A stretch of DNA of 63,510 nucleotides, counting the filler, from Choristocarpus tenellus KU-1152 (taxonomy: Eukaryota > Protista > Phaeophyceae), in the NCBI GenBank assembly GCA_964200185.2. It is 9 parts of 9 records of this genome, joined end to end, with 100 filler letters (N's around TTAATTAATTAA, not from the genome) between each part and the next. Parts side by side here need not be neighbours in the genome. Positions count along the whole stretch, not along the records: positions 9,900 to 14,311 come from CAXNAD020014679.1; positions 14,412 to 20,089 come from CAXNAD020010038.1; positions 20,190 to 26,457 come from CAXNAD020008524.1; 6 more parts are not named here. The stretch is one strand, 5' to 3'. Under the pieces are notes generated by a model. It ran no database searches and was not told where the DNA came from. It saw only the letters and a program-made list of their open reading frames with translations. The translations under genes and the position numbers were made by a program. This document shows positions 11,821 to 25,440 of this stretch, in pieces (position 1 is the first letter of the stretch; each line of letters opens with the position of its first letter).

Positions 11821-14259
11821 AGGAGGTAGGTTAGGGCAGTATTGGGGTCGAAGTTGATGTGTTATGTGTATCGGGTCTGTGTTAGGGATGAGTGTGTTTT
11901 AGTGGTAGGTGCTGGAACAAGGCTTTCCTGGTCTTTCCTCCACCTTGTACAGCATGTGGAGTGGAACACATCAAACTGTGTAGTTTTGAATTCCAGCAAC
12001 TTAACCTTCTTCACTTTACGTACTCCCCCCCCCCTACCCATCCCCGTGTCCTTCACCCTGCTTCATTCAACATTCTGTCTATGTTTATGTTTACGCCTTC
12101 CTTCTTTAAAACTCAGTGCCCATTCTGACGAGCACAGACAAAAGCATTGCTGCAGTTGCAACTGAACAATTGGTGTGACTATTCTCACATTCACCAACCA
12201 AACCTTCCCACTGCAGCGCACCTTGGCTATTTCTATGGGTTTGCCGGGTACAAACCCTCTTGAGTGTTTGCTCTGTCCTTTTCAAGTTTGTCCTCTTGTG
12301 TAGTGTGTACCTGATGTGTGTATGTGTGTTTGGAGGGGTTGAGAATGGTGCCCTTGGTTGGTCCTAATGTGCTTTTCTCACTTGTAGAGGTATTTTTGCT
12401 TGTGTTAATGGATGGAGGGTAACTGTACCATGTCATACCATACCATCACTAACTCATAGTGGTGTTAATGTTCTAGAAACATTGGTGAAAAATTCGCTTT
12501 GTAGCATTGAACAATTTGAACGACATTTACAAACCTGATATATTATTGTATTTCCCACCTCTGAAATCCTTCATTTTTCTTGGCTACTTCCACCTGTGGC
12601 GGTTTCTTCAGTTTCCTTCTTGCACGGTGACACTGACAGAAGTAGAGGAGGTGAATCAAGAATTGTGTGTCATGATGGTTGCGGAGCTGGAGGAGTTCAA
12701 TAGTGGTTTGGTGTCTGCATAGGTTGCCAAGGCGAATGAGAAGTATCTTCTACTATTTCTTTCTCATGTTGTATGTAAGCTCTCTGCTTAGTCATGGATT
12801 GGACTCTTTCAAGTCACATGCGACTACTACTTTGGGACAAATTGCAGGCTACAAGGTGAGATATAAAAGACTGTGCTGTTGATAGTGATTGTGTTTATTA
12901 TTTTTATTGCATTATTCTCTTTGATGTCAATATTATTGCATTTACTGTTTAATAGTGAGTATTTGTATGATTGGTAGTAGTAGTTGTATTAGGATTGTCA
13001 GTATTGATATTAGTATATTTTTCTTCCCTAGTCTGAGAGGTCACAGACCTGTTGTCACAAGGTAGCTTATGCAGTAGAGGTGGGCGTATGTATTCATGTG
13101 TATTACATGTTTTGGGTAGGGGAAGCCCTCTGAAGTGGCATGAGATTGATTTTGTGAGTTGTGTTTTTTTTCCTTTTTTCTCCTCTTTCCTTTTGCTCTG
13201 TGTTTTATTTCTTGGATGACTTTGTCGCAGTTGTTATTGTAAAGTGTGTTTTTACTGTTCTATTTGTATGTACTTTTTTTCTAAAATGGGACTGTACCTT
13301 AGCCAAGGAGTGTGTGGGTATTGCTGGAAGTGGTACCAAGATATGTGGAGTTGTGATAGACCTTTGGCTCACCATTGCACATATGAGGCACAATGCATCA
13401 AGCCTGTTTTGGACAACTCTCTCTATCTGTCACCTTGTCTGTCCTGAGGTATGGACTACTTGGTGTGTGTACATGTTTGTCTCATATGCACTCTTCATAC
13501 TCTTGTACACAAAAATAGAATATCGATAGAAACTTATCTATTTCTGATTATTGATACATTTTGGATAATTTGAAAATTGTCAGATAACAATCAACCTCCC
13601 TCCAAGTGCATTCCCACCTCTCTTTACTGCCCTGGTCCTCGTTTTTTCATCATGTGTGTGTGCTGACCTTTTGTCAGTTTGTTCCACCAATCTTGTTTGT
13701 CGCCCCTTTGCCCCCTGTTTCATTCTTGATGTCATACCTATACCATACCCCAAGCCTAGATATTTCCACAACCTTGCTTTCACCCATATTCACCTTCCTT
13801 CCCACCACCCTCCACCCCTCAGTGCCCCAACGCCCCACATCCCCAACCCCCAAAGCAAAGAACACACACCTGACTGTACCTATGCAAAAGAGAGCTATTC
13901 CAATAGAGTCTTTGCTTTACGTTGTATGGATTTATTTATTAGCGGAATGAGCACAGCCCTTGGTGGTGGGGTGCTCTCTCTTATATTATTTATCTATTGC
14001 GAACGTCAGCAGACACGTCAAAATGTGTCTGTGTCGGTCGCACTACGCCAGCCACTTATATTGAACAAAATATGAAATCAATCTATCGAACCTGCAACTC
14101 TAAGCACATCAAATCAAATCCTTAACCCTTACTCTACTCAGTCAATACTTCTGTTGTATTCCATTGTTCACTAAACATATAAATCCTTATAGACTGCCTA
14201 GCCTATATTGCACAGTACCTTCTTATGTCACCAGGATCAATGCCATATTTTGGCACAGA

Positions 14260-14311
14260 GTGAAACTATCTTAGAGGGTAGAGCCGCGTCCATTTGGGGA
14301 TCAAAATACAA
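14260..14311 (-). mobile_element. MITE family 2 end, cut by contig end
   Basis: Reverse complement matches tttatgatccctaacggacgtggccctaccctctt at about 27921-27957. Confidence 0.55.
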
Positions 14312-15919
14312 NNNNNNNNNNNNNNNNNNNNNNNNNNNNNNNNNNNNNNNNNNNNTTAATTAATTAANNNNNNNNNNNNNNNNNNNNNNNNNNNNNNNNN
14401 NNNNNNNNNNNCTGTAACAGTTACAGCGTACCCTTCAGAACTCACCTCCACAGGATATGCAACTCAAACCCAACGAACTTAAAATGACGCTACGAGGGGG
14501 GTCCACAGATGATAACCACGTACGGTGTCAGCTTGATGCTTAGCTCAGTCAATGTCTCGCTTTTCGCTTGTCAAAAGAGGCAACATCAAAAGAACTGAAG
14601 GATGTGGTGAGCCTTCAGCCTTTTATTAACTTTCATCCACCAATTTTCTACAGCCAAAGAGTTTAATGAAGTCTGCAAACTGCTATGTAGATACTTCAAT
14701 CATAAATCTTTATTATGCAACTTTCAAGAATTGATATCTATTCTGTGAGATTATGTATATTTCTAATCTAACTCTGCATCTTTTATCAATTCAAATTTCC
14801 TCTTGCATGAATTCTTACGTATGTATATTGTTCGCGTATTTTGGCACGCAGACAGAAATGCTCGCGCTGCTCGCCCGTAACATAGGAATTATAATCCTAT
14901 GATACAAGTAGAACTCAAACACTTCAAATGACTCGCAAAGAGAAAGAACAGCTCTCTGTAGACCTGGTGCTAGCACATACACACCGACAGATAGGTGGAT
15001 GGGGGGACACTAAGCACCCCTATTTTTACGGTACATATGTGAGCGGGACCCAAAAGGCAGCTGTACGGAGTCAGTGCTGGGAAGACTTCATATATATTCG
15101 GGATTTTTTATTTTTGACACGGGTGTGTGTGTGAGTGCATTGGTGCGCCTTCTTGAAGTATGAGAGCCGATACCAGTAATCAGATGAAGAAACATTGTAA
15201 GGTGTGGGTTGCAAAGATGTATAATAGGACTCAAACTTCAAACAACTCAGGAAAAGGTGAAGTGTCATGGTGAGGTGTAGGATGTAGAGATTTTAGGATG
15301 TGGATACTTAGATGTACAAAACGTGAGGTCAACCTTCACACCTTGTATTATACACAGTATAGGGCTTTCGACTTACAAGCTTACACTCAAGTAAACTTTT
15401 GATTCAAAACACTAATAAATAGACCCCTCTTGGACCGACTGGACCTCTCAGGGGTTGGTTGTGGACAGAGGAGGAGAGGAGGGAGTGTGGTGCTACTTCT
15501 TGCAAATGTTTGTGTGAGGGAGCTTATGTTCAAGTGAACCTACATACACATTATTATGTCGAAGTACTAAAGATGTACTACTCTCTGTTTTACAGTAACA
15601 AGAACAACACGGTTCAGTAGTGTTTGTTGTTATAGCTCTACAACAACACGGGAACCATGTGATTCTGAGGGGGCGTGGTTCAGTTCAGGCGAGGATGACG
15701 AGGAGGATTACAAGGCAAGGCGAACCAACCGGACCAAGATAAGCAAAGCTTATGGTGTGGGTGGGGAGATGAGTTCACTACCCAACTACGTGCAGCCAAT
15801 GAACTGAGTACAACGATATGATTAGAGAGCATCAAGTACACAGAAGAGGTACACAGAGTAGCTACATGGCCTACTACTATTCTTAACGGTAGCAGGGTCA
15901 CAATTGAACTCTATTCCAT

Positions 15920-16530
15920 AGTCCTGGACGCCGGATCAGCCCCCTACCAGGATAAAGCCTCCTCCTGCATGTCGCATTTCTAGAAGTGCAAGCAGCCTCC
16001 CATCTGCCCCACTCATCCACCAGCAATTGGTGTAGCTGCTGTGGAGGCTGAGGCGCGAAAGCACACCCACTACGAGGGTTCTTTTGACCCTCGTAGTTTT
16101 ATCCTCAACACCTTCGTGGTGGAATTTTTTTGGCGGCTCAGTAAGCAAGTAGAAAGTTTTCTGAATAAGTTGGCTACAGACGCAGTAGGGGGGAGAGGGG
16201 CTGGAGCCTACAGCAGGAAAGGAGCTATCAAATCCAGTTTACGAGAGATAGTGTCCGTCACAACACAAGCGGCTCTATTAAGACGTGTCATGTGTCTTAA
16301 GCTAGAGACCCCAGGGAGATGGGCAAGGAGGGGCCTATCAGATTCTTGGGGTGCTTCCCTAGCTCCTCGGCCTATGGTGGTGTAGGCTAAGCTAGGTTGG
16401 AGGCATAGGAGGGGGTGGTGTAACATAAATGGTAGTAAAGATATCTTTCGCATTCATAACACGTGTTCTTTTTTGGGCGTAGTGACGTTTGGAAGGTTTT
16501 TCATTGGTTTTTCCTTTGACACATCTATCT
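15920..16530 (+). mobile_element. CRE/R2-like RLE retrotransposon 3' fragment, copy C
   Basis: ORF 16041-16385: EARKHTHYEGSFDPRSFILNTFVVE..RLSKQVESFLNKLATDAVGGRG..KGAIKSSLREIVSVTTQAALLRRV. Confidence 0.85.
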
Positions 16531-19226
16531 AGTAAATAATATATTTTTGAATTGTATTTTTATCGGTTTTCCCCCAAAATGTCCAAGTTCACAATTAACT
16601 ATATAATATAGTAACTACATAATATATAATTTTGCATTTTATAGTTTCAATCCTAACGCATCTCTGTTCAACTTGGTTTTGAATTGGTGCTGAAGTTAGA
16701 GTTTGAGAAGAGTCTGGTTTGGTTTCTTTCCCCCACTCTTCGTCACATCGTCCTTAGGGTGAGTTTTGTGGGAGTTTTAGTTGGGTAGATACCTGGACAA
16801 TTCCCGCTGTGAGCCATGGCCCAGCCTATACCTCAGTCGAAGACGTCAGGCTACTTGCACGTGTTCTTTCTTTCCGTTGTGACCGTCTACAGTATTGGTT
16901 GAAGTTTGATTGAAGTCATGGTCCCACGCCATCCTCTGTAGTTCACTTTCTTGATAATTTAATGTTTTGGACCCTGTACGTGAGGAGACTTCTCCTATAT
17001 ATCGAAGTAGAACAAGACATGCTGGATGAGGTCAAAAATGCTTTCAATTGCTGGATGATAAACCTACGTCCAATCTGTGTGCCCCAAAACATATTGAGTG
17101 AGGACGATCATGATACCCCAACAGCAGAGAATCCTCATGATCTCCAACCAGCTCCCTATTTCGCAAGTAGCGAGCTTGACATGCTGAGTAATGCATATGG
17201 TTAGCGCTTATCTACACAAGTCCACTCAGAGTCGTCTTGCAATCTGTTGCACTTTCAAGCAGTGCAAAACTGTGCTGTTGTCGCCCTTTGCTAGGGACCC
17301 TCGAAGTAGAATAAGAGAATCGACACCCTGAATGAGCAACTGCAAGGAGTTTCCATGATGCTGGAGCTGGACAACAGCAAACAGTTGATCTTGAAATCGT
17401 CACCCTAGTCACAGTGCAAGACTTACCTGCACTGCACAAGCAGCCTCAACTAATTTGCATTACTTCACCCTCCCTTCGTTTGATGGAATCTGTGTGGATT
17501 GTTCCGTTCAATCGCTCTACCACCCCACCCACGAATGCCCTGGTCCGGACAACATCAAATTAAGGCACAAGGGACTTCTAGATTCTGACACTGTTGGAAT
17601 CAACTGTGCACCTCTACGCTACCTCTGCACCACACCCACCTCCGTTTTTCGTGACAACTTGGTCATAAGTGGCGATGGCAATTTAATACACTCTCTGGAG
17701 GAAACGGAGTGCCTTTCTCTGTGGTAGCTATGGCGTTGAGGGTAGGTGGAGGGAATCATATGGATGATCTCGAGGTAGGTATAGATGGTAATGCCAACAA
17801 CGTCAGATTGCCACAGTCTTCAAGGTTGAACGAGGTCGGAAAGGAGGAATCGGCGATGCCAGCAGCACATAAAAATCCTAAAATTGGAGTAAGGGCAGGA
17901 GAAGGAGCAAAAGAGGGCGCAGATGTTGCTAAGGAGGTATCACCTGGTCTCAGCGCGACCTCGAGGCCCTGGGGTTTCGTTGATGGAGTGCAGGTGAGGG
18001 GGGTGGGAGCGGCGGGAAAACGAGAGTTAGAGGATGTTTCTTTAAAAGTATACCAATCCCAAGACAATCCTACTTTTCTTCGTTGTATTTATGCTGTTTT
18101 TGTCCACACATTACGAGAGCAGTGACCTCCTCTTTGACTGTGTAGATTAAGGCCCACTCAGCATCTGCAAGTTTTGTTCAGCTCCTTGAACCGGTGAAGA
18201 CGAAATTTTGCTCTCTATATGATTACTCTTCCCAGACAACATCTAGAGCAGATGGTTTCATTCTTCATTTAGCGTTCCACCACTGCTTGGACTTCCAGCC
18301 TGCCTCAACTCGAAATGACTTCGCCTACGATTCTGATTTGTTGATTATTACCTCTATCTCACAAGCATCCAGCAATTCTCGGCTCTCGCCCCAGCTTTGA
18401 GTGCGCAGTGGTATGTACACCTTATTCAATCCAATACTTCGAAACCTTTCAAGGTGTGCCATGTTCTGTCAATCTTCACCATCGGTGTGATTGAATTGGG
18501 TCTGGGTTATCCCACCCCTTTGGGGGGTGTATATATTGCAGGCATTGATTGTCATGCTGCACACCTCTTTGGTTTGCCCTCCTTGCAGTAACCTTGAGAA
18601 GGTCAGGGAGATGCAGAAATGGATGCATTCAGCAAAAAAATGATACACCGATTCACCGCTGGATGATGTATTTTTATTTTTGTAGTGATGTAGTCCTGAA
18701 TCAATATATATATATATATATACATATGCATTTACTGAAGAAAGTACATGATGGGAACGTTCTTCTGGATACAGGTGTGTTTGTGTGTGTGTGTGTTTTT
18801 TAATGATTACATTTGTTCGACAGTGAGATCTAGCACAAGTACAGATAATTTGTGTCGATCCAAACATTTTTGTGAAGTGTGTCTATGTTCATACATACAT
18901 ATATATATGTTCATACTACAAATACATATTTGCAACTTGCCTTCTACAGGTAATGAGGGTAAAAGCAGGAGAGCCCTTGCTGTCTTAAATTTATGTTCCT
19001 CAGTGATCCCAATGTAATAGGGTACTCTCAGGCCGCCCAGATTGTACTTAGTTGCTGGATTACGTGCTGAGTTACTGGTGTAAAGTACTCTAGCGGGACT
19101 CCTCCTAAGGTCGTTTGCTTCGCCATTGTCCGACAAGAGCAATCTGATTAGGCAGTACAAAACAAATGCTTTACTTAGAGCTCCATATCTTAATGCAGAG
19201 GGTGTGATGGTCATGATAGGTCAAGT

Positions 19227-19431
19227 GACCCAAAGCATCTGAAGGGAGGGGGGAGGGGGGGAGGTCTACACCAGGGTGTCCATTTGCCCATTTGGGTCAT
19301 AACCAGGAAAAGTGCATTTACATTATCTGTCCGAGGTATGCAACCAAATCAACCAAACATCGCGACATGAAAACATCGGCCCCAAATGGACAGCCCCACC
19401 CCCTCCTCCCCCCTCCCAGATACTTTGAGCT
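19227..19431 (+). mobile_element. MITE family 1, full copy with 3-bp TSD AGT
   Basis: agt|gacccaaagcatctg ... cagatactttgagct|agt. Confidence 0.9.
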
Positions 19432-19584
19432 AGTATGATAGCAGAAAAGAAAAGAAAATATTCATGAAAGAATAAGACCCGTAATTTTTTTTCAATGTAT
19501 ATATAACATTTAAAATGAAAAAAAAGTGGTATCGAAGGTACTACTCTGGAGTATTGATTATTTTGATTATTTTGATTTTTTTAC

Positions 19585-19587
<3 letters not shown>

Positions 19588-19620
<33 letters not shown>
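19588..19620. repeat. (TG)n microsatellite
   Basis: About 16 units; others at 37948-37977 and 42607-42631. Confidence 0.95.
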
Positions 19621-19621
<1 letters not shown>

Positions 19622-22600
19622 GTGTTTCCTTTAAAAATAAAATGGAGTTTTTGTTTGCTCTTGCTATTGTATTTTTCTTGGAACTCTTGGAATTTTATTG
19701 TATTCACGTGTATGACTTTTTCCTCCAAGGCAACTTTTTGCCCTGTTGATTTTTTTTGTTTGTTTTATTACGACGGTCTTTAAAAAATATATATATTTTT
19801 TTCACAAAGTACTATCCGCGCGCATGCATTTTTTTTTTCTCTGAAGGGTTCAGAGAAGAAAGAGAGGGGACTTTCAAGAGGTTTCTTCTACCTAGTGTTA
19901 GTACAAGCAAATGACTCAGAGATCTTCCGAGATCGCACCGCTCGCAGAGATCATTTTTTTTTTTTAATTGAAAAAAAAGTAGACCAGAAATAGATATATC
20001 CCATTTTTTCTTTTTTCTTTTTTCTTGGGCGGCGGCGGGGGGGGGGGGGGAAGCGGAGTGAAGGACAACTGGTGTTTGTAGAGATAGCANNNNNNNNNNN
20101 NNNNNNNNNNNNNNNNNNNNNNNNNNNNNNNNNTTAATTAATTAANNNNNNNNNNNNNNNNNNNNNNNNNNNNNNNNNNNNNNNNNNNNGGGGGGGGGGG
20201 GGGGGGGGGGAGAGGAGGGGGGGGGGGGGGGGGGGGGGGGGGGCTATTGGTTAGGGAGGAGTCAGTGGGTAACAAATTATGTGCATGTTTCAGTTAATGC
20301 AGGAGGGACGTTGATTTGAACTTTCCTTGAAGCATCTTGGCATGGGACTTGTCTTCATGTTCTTGTTAATACCATACCTGCTGACTGTATGTGTCAAAAT
20401 CTTTCTATGTAGTTCTCACACGATAGCCCCGCATGGGAAGAAGGACAGTGTGTTGTTGATGCATGACACGTCTCATGCATAGAATTGTGTGTGTACAACT
20501 AGCTGAATTGACTACTAAGGAATGGATGCAAACAGCGCTAGAAGAAGGTATGTGTACATTTTGGCCGTTCTGACTGTTCCATTGGTTGTTGGGTAACATG
20601 GATGTAGGATAGTCAATTGTGAGTGCACAGGAATACATACGCTGTGTGCTTCGACAGTGTATATGATTCATCAATATTCACGGTGTTGATGCCATGCTTT
20701 GAGGGTAGTCTATGCCAGCTCCTGTCACATCCCAACAGTGTTGTATGCTGTGAGTCCATTATGATCACTCAAGGTTCACCGTTTTGTTGTGCAGGGAGGG
20801 GTACACTCACGATAGAGTCGTTCTCGTCGGTCCTCTCCACAGATCATTGCATGCACCGTCCTCTTGTCATCCTACAGTGAAGTAGTTTAATATGCTTCTC
20901 AGGTGGGACACCCATGACAACAAGCAGGTATACTGGCAAATCATGTACTTCGTGACGATGATGGTGCCTCAATCCTCTCATTATTATATATTATTATTAT
21001 TGTTGGTCTTCTTGAACCCATCACGGGAGATACTACAACTGAGCCGTCCTATCTCAAGAGGGGGGTGTCATCAGGTGCTTGGGGACACGTGTGACTGGCC
21101 CTCTGGTACACGTGCTTCTGCCTCTCTGGAGGGTGATTTCATGCAGTGTGTGGATGGACATTTGTCTCTTCTTCTGTTCTCACTGCGCCAGAGGACTAGA
21201 AGCATTAACAGCTACCTTCAATGCTTCAGCGCAAGCCTTGTTTGTCGCATGTTGGGTTCAGCTATCCCGTTGCTTGTCAACTATCCCCTCCAGAAAATAT
21301 GGCACTTGAATTGCTAACCAGCATCCATCCCTCCGCAATGAAAACGAGGATTCTGGAAAGGACTTCTGGCCTTGAATGGATGAACCTTGAACCAGCGCAC
21401 AACTCTGACAAGCTTTGCAAGCTGGCCTTCAACATAATTTTGATGGTTTGTCTAACCCACCCAGTGCATATGTTTTTCCTTTCTGGCCTACTAAGTCTCA
21501 TGTGTGTTGTGTCGTGTACAATGTATAATAATCAATAGTCCGATTTCTTCCATTTATCCAGTGATCGCTTCCTTTGCTTTGCAACCCCTAGCCACGGCTT
21601 TGTGAAGGTAAAAACCATGTGTCAAATGATGTTATTACTTGGACTAATTGTGGTTTCTTTGGTTGTCCTGTTCAGCAGATACTACATTAGAGAGAAAATG
21701 TGCTTGAATTTGTGCTGGGCAATTCATGTTGTAGAGCAAAGGGTGCTAAGTGTTGCCCTGACAAGGAATGTTAGGTTCAAGCCTATTTCTAGACAACAGA
21801 TGCTACAGTGGACAATGAATATGGTGCCAATCATAATCCACTTGTTGTAGTCAGTGAGATAAATGCTGCAGCTTCCACAGACCTCTCTGACTTGAACCTG
21901 CCTATGATCCTGTCAACCATTACATTTTCAAATGCCACTACCTATTTGAACTTTTGACCTGTTTGAAAGAGACACTAGAAGGGGTTCCAGAGAAGACATG
22001 GAGGTAAAGATAAAACAGTACCGTGAGGGTTTGGAGCAGTTAAGAGTTTGTAAAGAGAGATGGGATCTAACTTGCCCCTCTGGGCATTGTCCTGGTGTAC
22101 ACATTTGTGAGGCGATACATAGCAATAGGCAATGCCCTTGTTGGAGGTACAATAGTTTTATGCCACCTCTAAACAACACTTGCTCTTCAGCTAGTGGTGA
22201 AGATGCTCAGATACACGCATTCAAGTGGCTATTGCATTCATCCTACAAAATAGTACTGAGAATATAATTGTGTACACATGCTGATTGTGGAGATTATAGA
22301 ATCACCAATTCCAACGAGACACTTCAGTGCATCATGCTAATCGATTCTTTCATGGCTTCACCATTGTGTGAATACAAAGTACTTCAGGGTAGATTTCAAA
22401 GAAACATATATGATAGAATGAGCAGATTTTAAGCGTGACAGAGACGATGCAGTTTTCACCAACGAAAATATCTAACATGGCTAGACGTGCACCAAGAAAC
22501 TGGAGCATTGAATCAGTTTGTAGGAGTCCAAGCTGAAATATGAACATCTTGATATGTGCCAAGCAAAGTCAGTCGAAAAGGGAATATATTATCGTGCAAA

Positions 22601-23054
22601 TTGCAGTGACAATATTGCCAAACGACTTGTGTTGCATGACATGTAGCATGCATCACTTCATCTACAAAACACTTCAACACAGAAAAGCAGCTGCCAAAAA
22701 TTTACCGTGAGGGGGGGGGGGAAGAGAATTGTGGGACTGACCAGGCAAGAGAACAGCTGTGTAGGGTATAAATGATACAACTACCTTCCCCATATATCTT
22801 TGCATTGCCAGTCCTTCCCACACAGCCTTAATCCATTGGAAGGACTGACAGCGCCACATTAGAAGAGTAGTATGATAGTTCAGCCCTTTTTAGTATGTGC
22901 GGTTTTATCATGGGATACACAAAGCATCCACCTTGGTATACAGAAAGTAGCTCCTCTCCTCCACAATAGTCAGGGACTTCCTGGTGTGTCACTGAGCATT
23001 ACCAACAATCCCTTGACCACGCTATTGCATTTGCATTTCCTCATGTTCAGTGTG

Positions 23055-24073
23055 CTACAGGTCCACCATAGAAGGTTGCCCATTCCCCCCTGCACCCACT
23101 CTCCCCCCTTGATGTACCCTTGCCTGTTCCATCCCAACATTTGACTCCCAGCTCGGAGCAGGGGCATCTATGTTGGGAGCAAGACCCTGGCGGAGGGAAT
23201 GGCCTCTTTGCAGCTGCTTCTTGTTCTTATCCCACCTACTTATTGTACCACAAAGAGCAACAGTGGGCGAAAGGTGAACGGTGGTCCAGGAAAGGAAAGA
23301 GAGTCAGCTGGGACCGAGTTACTTTGGGGTGTGGTACTTTAAACATACAAGAATCCTGCATGTCAAGGTAGCAAGCTCCAATCGAAAATGAGAAAACAAG
23401 GTAATGTACAGAAAAAATGCGGGATGAAAGACCAGCAAAGTTGTAGTTTGGCGTGTATGAACTCCCTTACCTGTAAATCCAGATTATTACAGCGACAGAA
23501 ATTCCCACGAGGAGAAGAGCCACAAATATCGTGAAGGCCCTGTTCCCCCCAGACGAGCTTGGGCTGGAGGTTGGCACAGGTGTCGGGGCGGGTGTCGATG
23601 CATTTGTTGGCGATGGTGTTGTTCCAGGAACTGGTGTTATCGATGGGGCAGGTGTTGCTGTCGGAGCTGGCGTTGTCGTGGGTGACGGTGTAGTCTGTTG
23701 GTCCGACCTGAGTAGGAAGGGAAAATGGGCGATGATCAGCGTATTCTATGCGGGCTTTTGAGTCATGCAGCTGACAAAGCATTATGCTATCCAAATCTCT
23801 TTACCTCGGGAATCAGATTGATATTCCTGCTCCCAGAAGTTCAGAGCTATTTTGGTTCACAAAGGAATGCCACATTATAAATTTAAAAGCTGCACGCGGC
23901 GTGAGACCGATCAATTAAATTGGTTGTGCCTGACCGATTACATCCAATACGCAGGTCAAGGACTCAGGCACAAATGCGTACCTAGTTGCACTCATTTTTT
24001 TCGCTTGCACTCACCGACGCAGCATCCCCAGCAAAAGGATCACCAGCAGCCAAGTAGCTCTAATAAACCTCAT
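23055..24073 (-). CDS. Small type I membrane protein with Pro/Thr/Ser-rich (mucin-like) ectodomain
   Basis: Exons 24073-24015, 23707-23471 and 23235-23055, joined by phase-2 GT-AG introns: MRFIRATWLLVILLLGMLRR-SDQQTTPSPTTTPAPTATPAPS...GGNRAFTIFVALLLVGISVAVIIWIYR-WDKNKKQLQRG. The 3' end is uncertain. Confidence 0.72.
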
Positions 24074-24589
24074 CTTTGGAGGTGCAAATTACACTGCCAT
24101 ACACCAAGCAGATCTGAAAGACGCACAACCTATTGTAGAAGGATACAAGATCCCACACCTTAGAAACACTAACTCGCTTTTCCCCAACGTTGAAAGGATT
24201 CCCGTAGGAAGGGGTCGAGGACTTGGTGTATATTACCCTCGCACGAAGAGTATAGTCCAAACCTGCAGGCCAACCCCAACCAACTGAACCGACGAACACG
24301 TAGGTCTCTGCTACAGAATAACCGGACAGCAACTATTGTTGTGTTGGTGAAGGTTGCTTAGTAATTGAAAAGTGGATTATTTGATGGATCCATTTACAAA
24401 TAGCAAACATGACACATGTATAGATAATACCATACAATAGTATTATCGCCCCTATTTTCAATGATGTGATGACTTTTTTGGTTATTTATGTTATTGTGAA
24501 ATAAGACATTTTGTAGATGTAAATAATAACAAAATTATAATACAAATAATATTAATATTCCTACACAACACGCATAATATCGACATTGA

Positions 24590-25440
24590 ACGTACTCGTA
24601 CCTACCCTAGAATAGGGGGACAGGTACGCCAACACATGCCGATGTTTAAGCGTCTAGGTCACCTCTGCAAGGGAATGGGCATCTCTTCCACTATGGAGGA
24701 CGGTAGTAGTCCATTTGGAGTGGACAGGAATTTCCGCATGGATGTGGTCATCCTGGGGGACTTGCGGACAATGGACTAGCACCACACCAGGACAAAGAAC
24801 TCCTCCTGGATGTCGTGTTTGCAGAAACACAAGCAGCATTCCACCTACCATACTCAACCACATCTACCAGCAATGGTTTAACTTCTGCTGCACCTGAGGC
24901 GTGAAAGGGCACCCGCTACGAGGGTTCTTTTGACCCTTCAAGTTTTAATCTAACAACCTTTGAGGTGGAGATCTTGGACGCCTCGGTAAGTAAGCAGAAA
25001 ATTATCTGAATGAGTTAGCTACACACGCAGTAGGGGGGAGAGGGGTGGGAGGTTATAGCAGGAAAGGGGTCGTCAGATCCGTTTATGATAGATAGTGTCT
25101 GTCACTACACAAGTGGCTCTCTTGACACATGTCATGCGTTTCAAGCTGGAGACACCAGGCAGACGGGCCTGGATTGGCCTCTGTCAGATTCTTGGGATGC
25201 TTCCCTAGTTCCTACCCAGTTGTGTAGAGCTCAGCTAGGTTGGGGGCATAGCAGCAATGTACTCATAACATTGTAATTTCCAAGTTTTAAGGGAGTGGTT
25301 GTAGCATAGGTGGTATTGAAATAGAAATAGATTCTAGAGATACATCTTTCGCATTTACGACAACATATACTTTTACAGGGGTCCTTGTTCTATTGGTTTG
25401 CCTTTTTCCATGACACATCTGGAAATTTTCAGAGGGCATA
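24590..25440 (+). mobile_element. CRE/R2-like RLE retrotransposon 3' fragment, copy D (longest)
   Basis: RTYPRIGGQVRQH (zinc-knuckle remnant), SPFGVDRNFRMDVVI, LDVVFAETQA and RYEGSFDP, consistent with a PD-(D/E)xK-type RLE; followed by the shared 3' tail. Confidence 0.85.

Noticed and set aside
14928-15810. Possible gene exons (MTRKEKEQ.. and SSGEDDEEDYKARR..)
   Set aside because: No consistent spliced model or recognisable domain
16750-19215. Copia gag (plus) and non-LTR RT remnants (minus)
   Set aside because: Only faint motif resemblance; boundaries and family could not be supported
23363-23794. ORF-track proteins of 143 aa (minus) and the 76-aa GVGAG-rich ORF (plus)
   Set aside because: Alternate-frame and antisense shadows of the TPAP-rich exon
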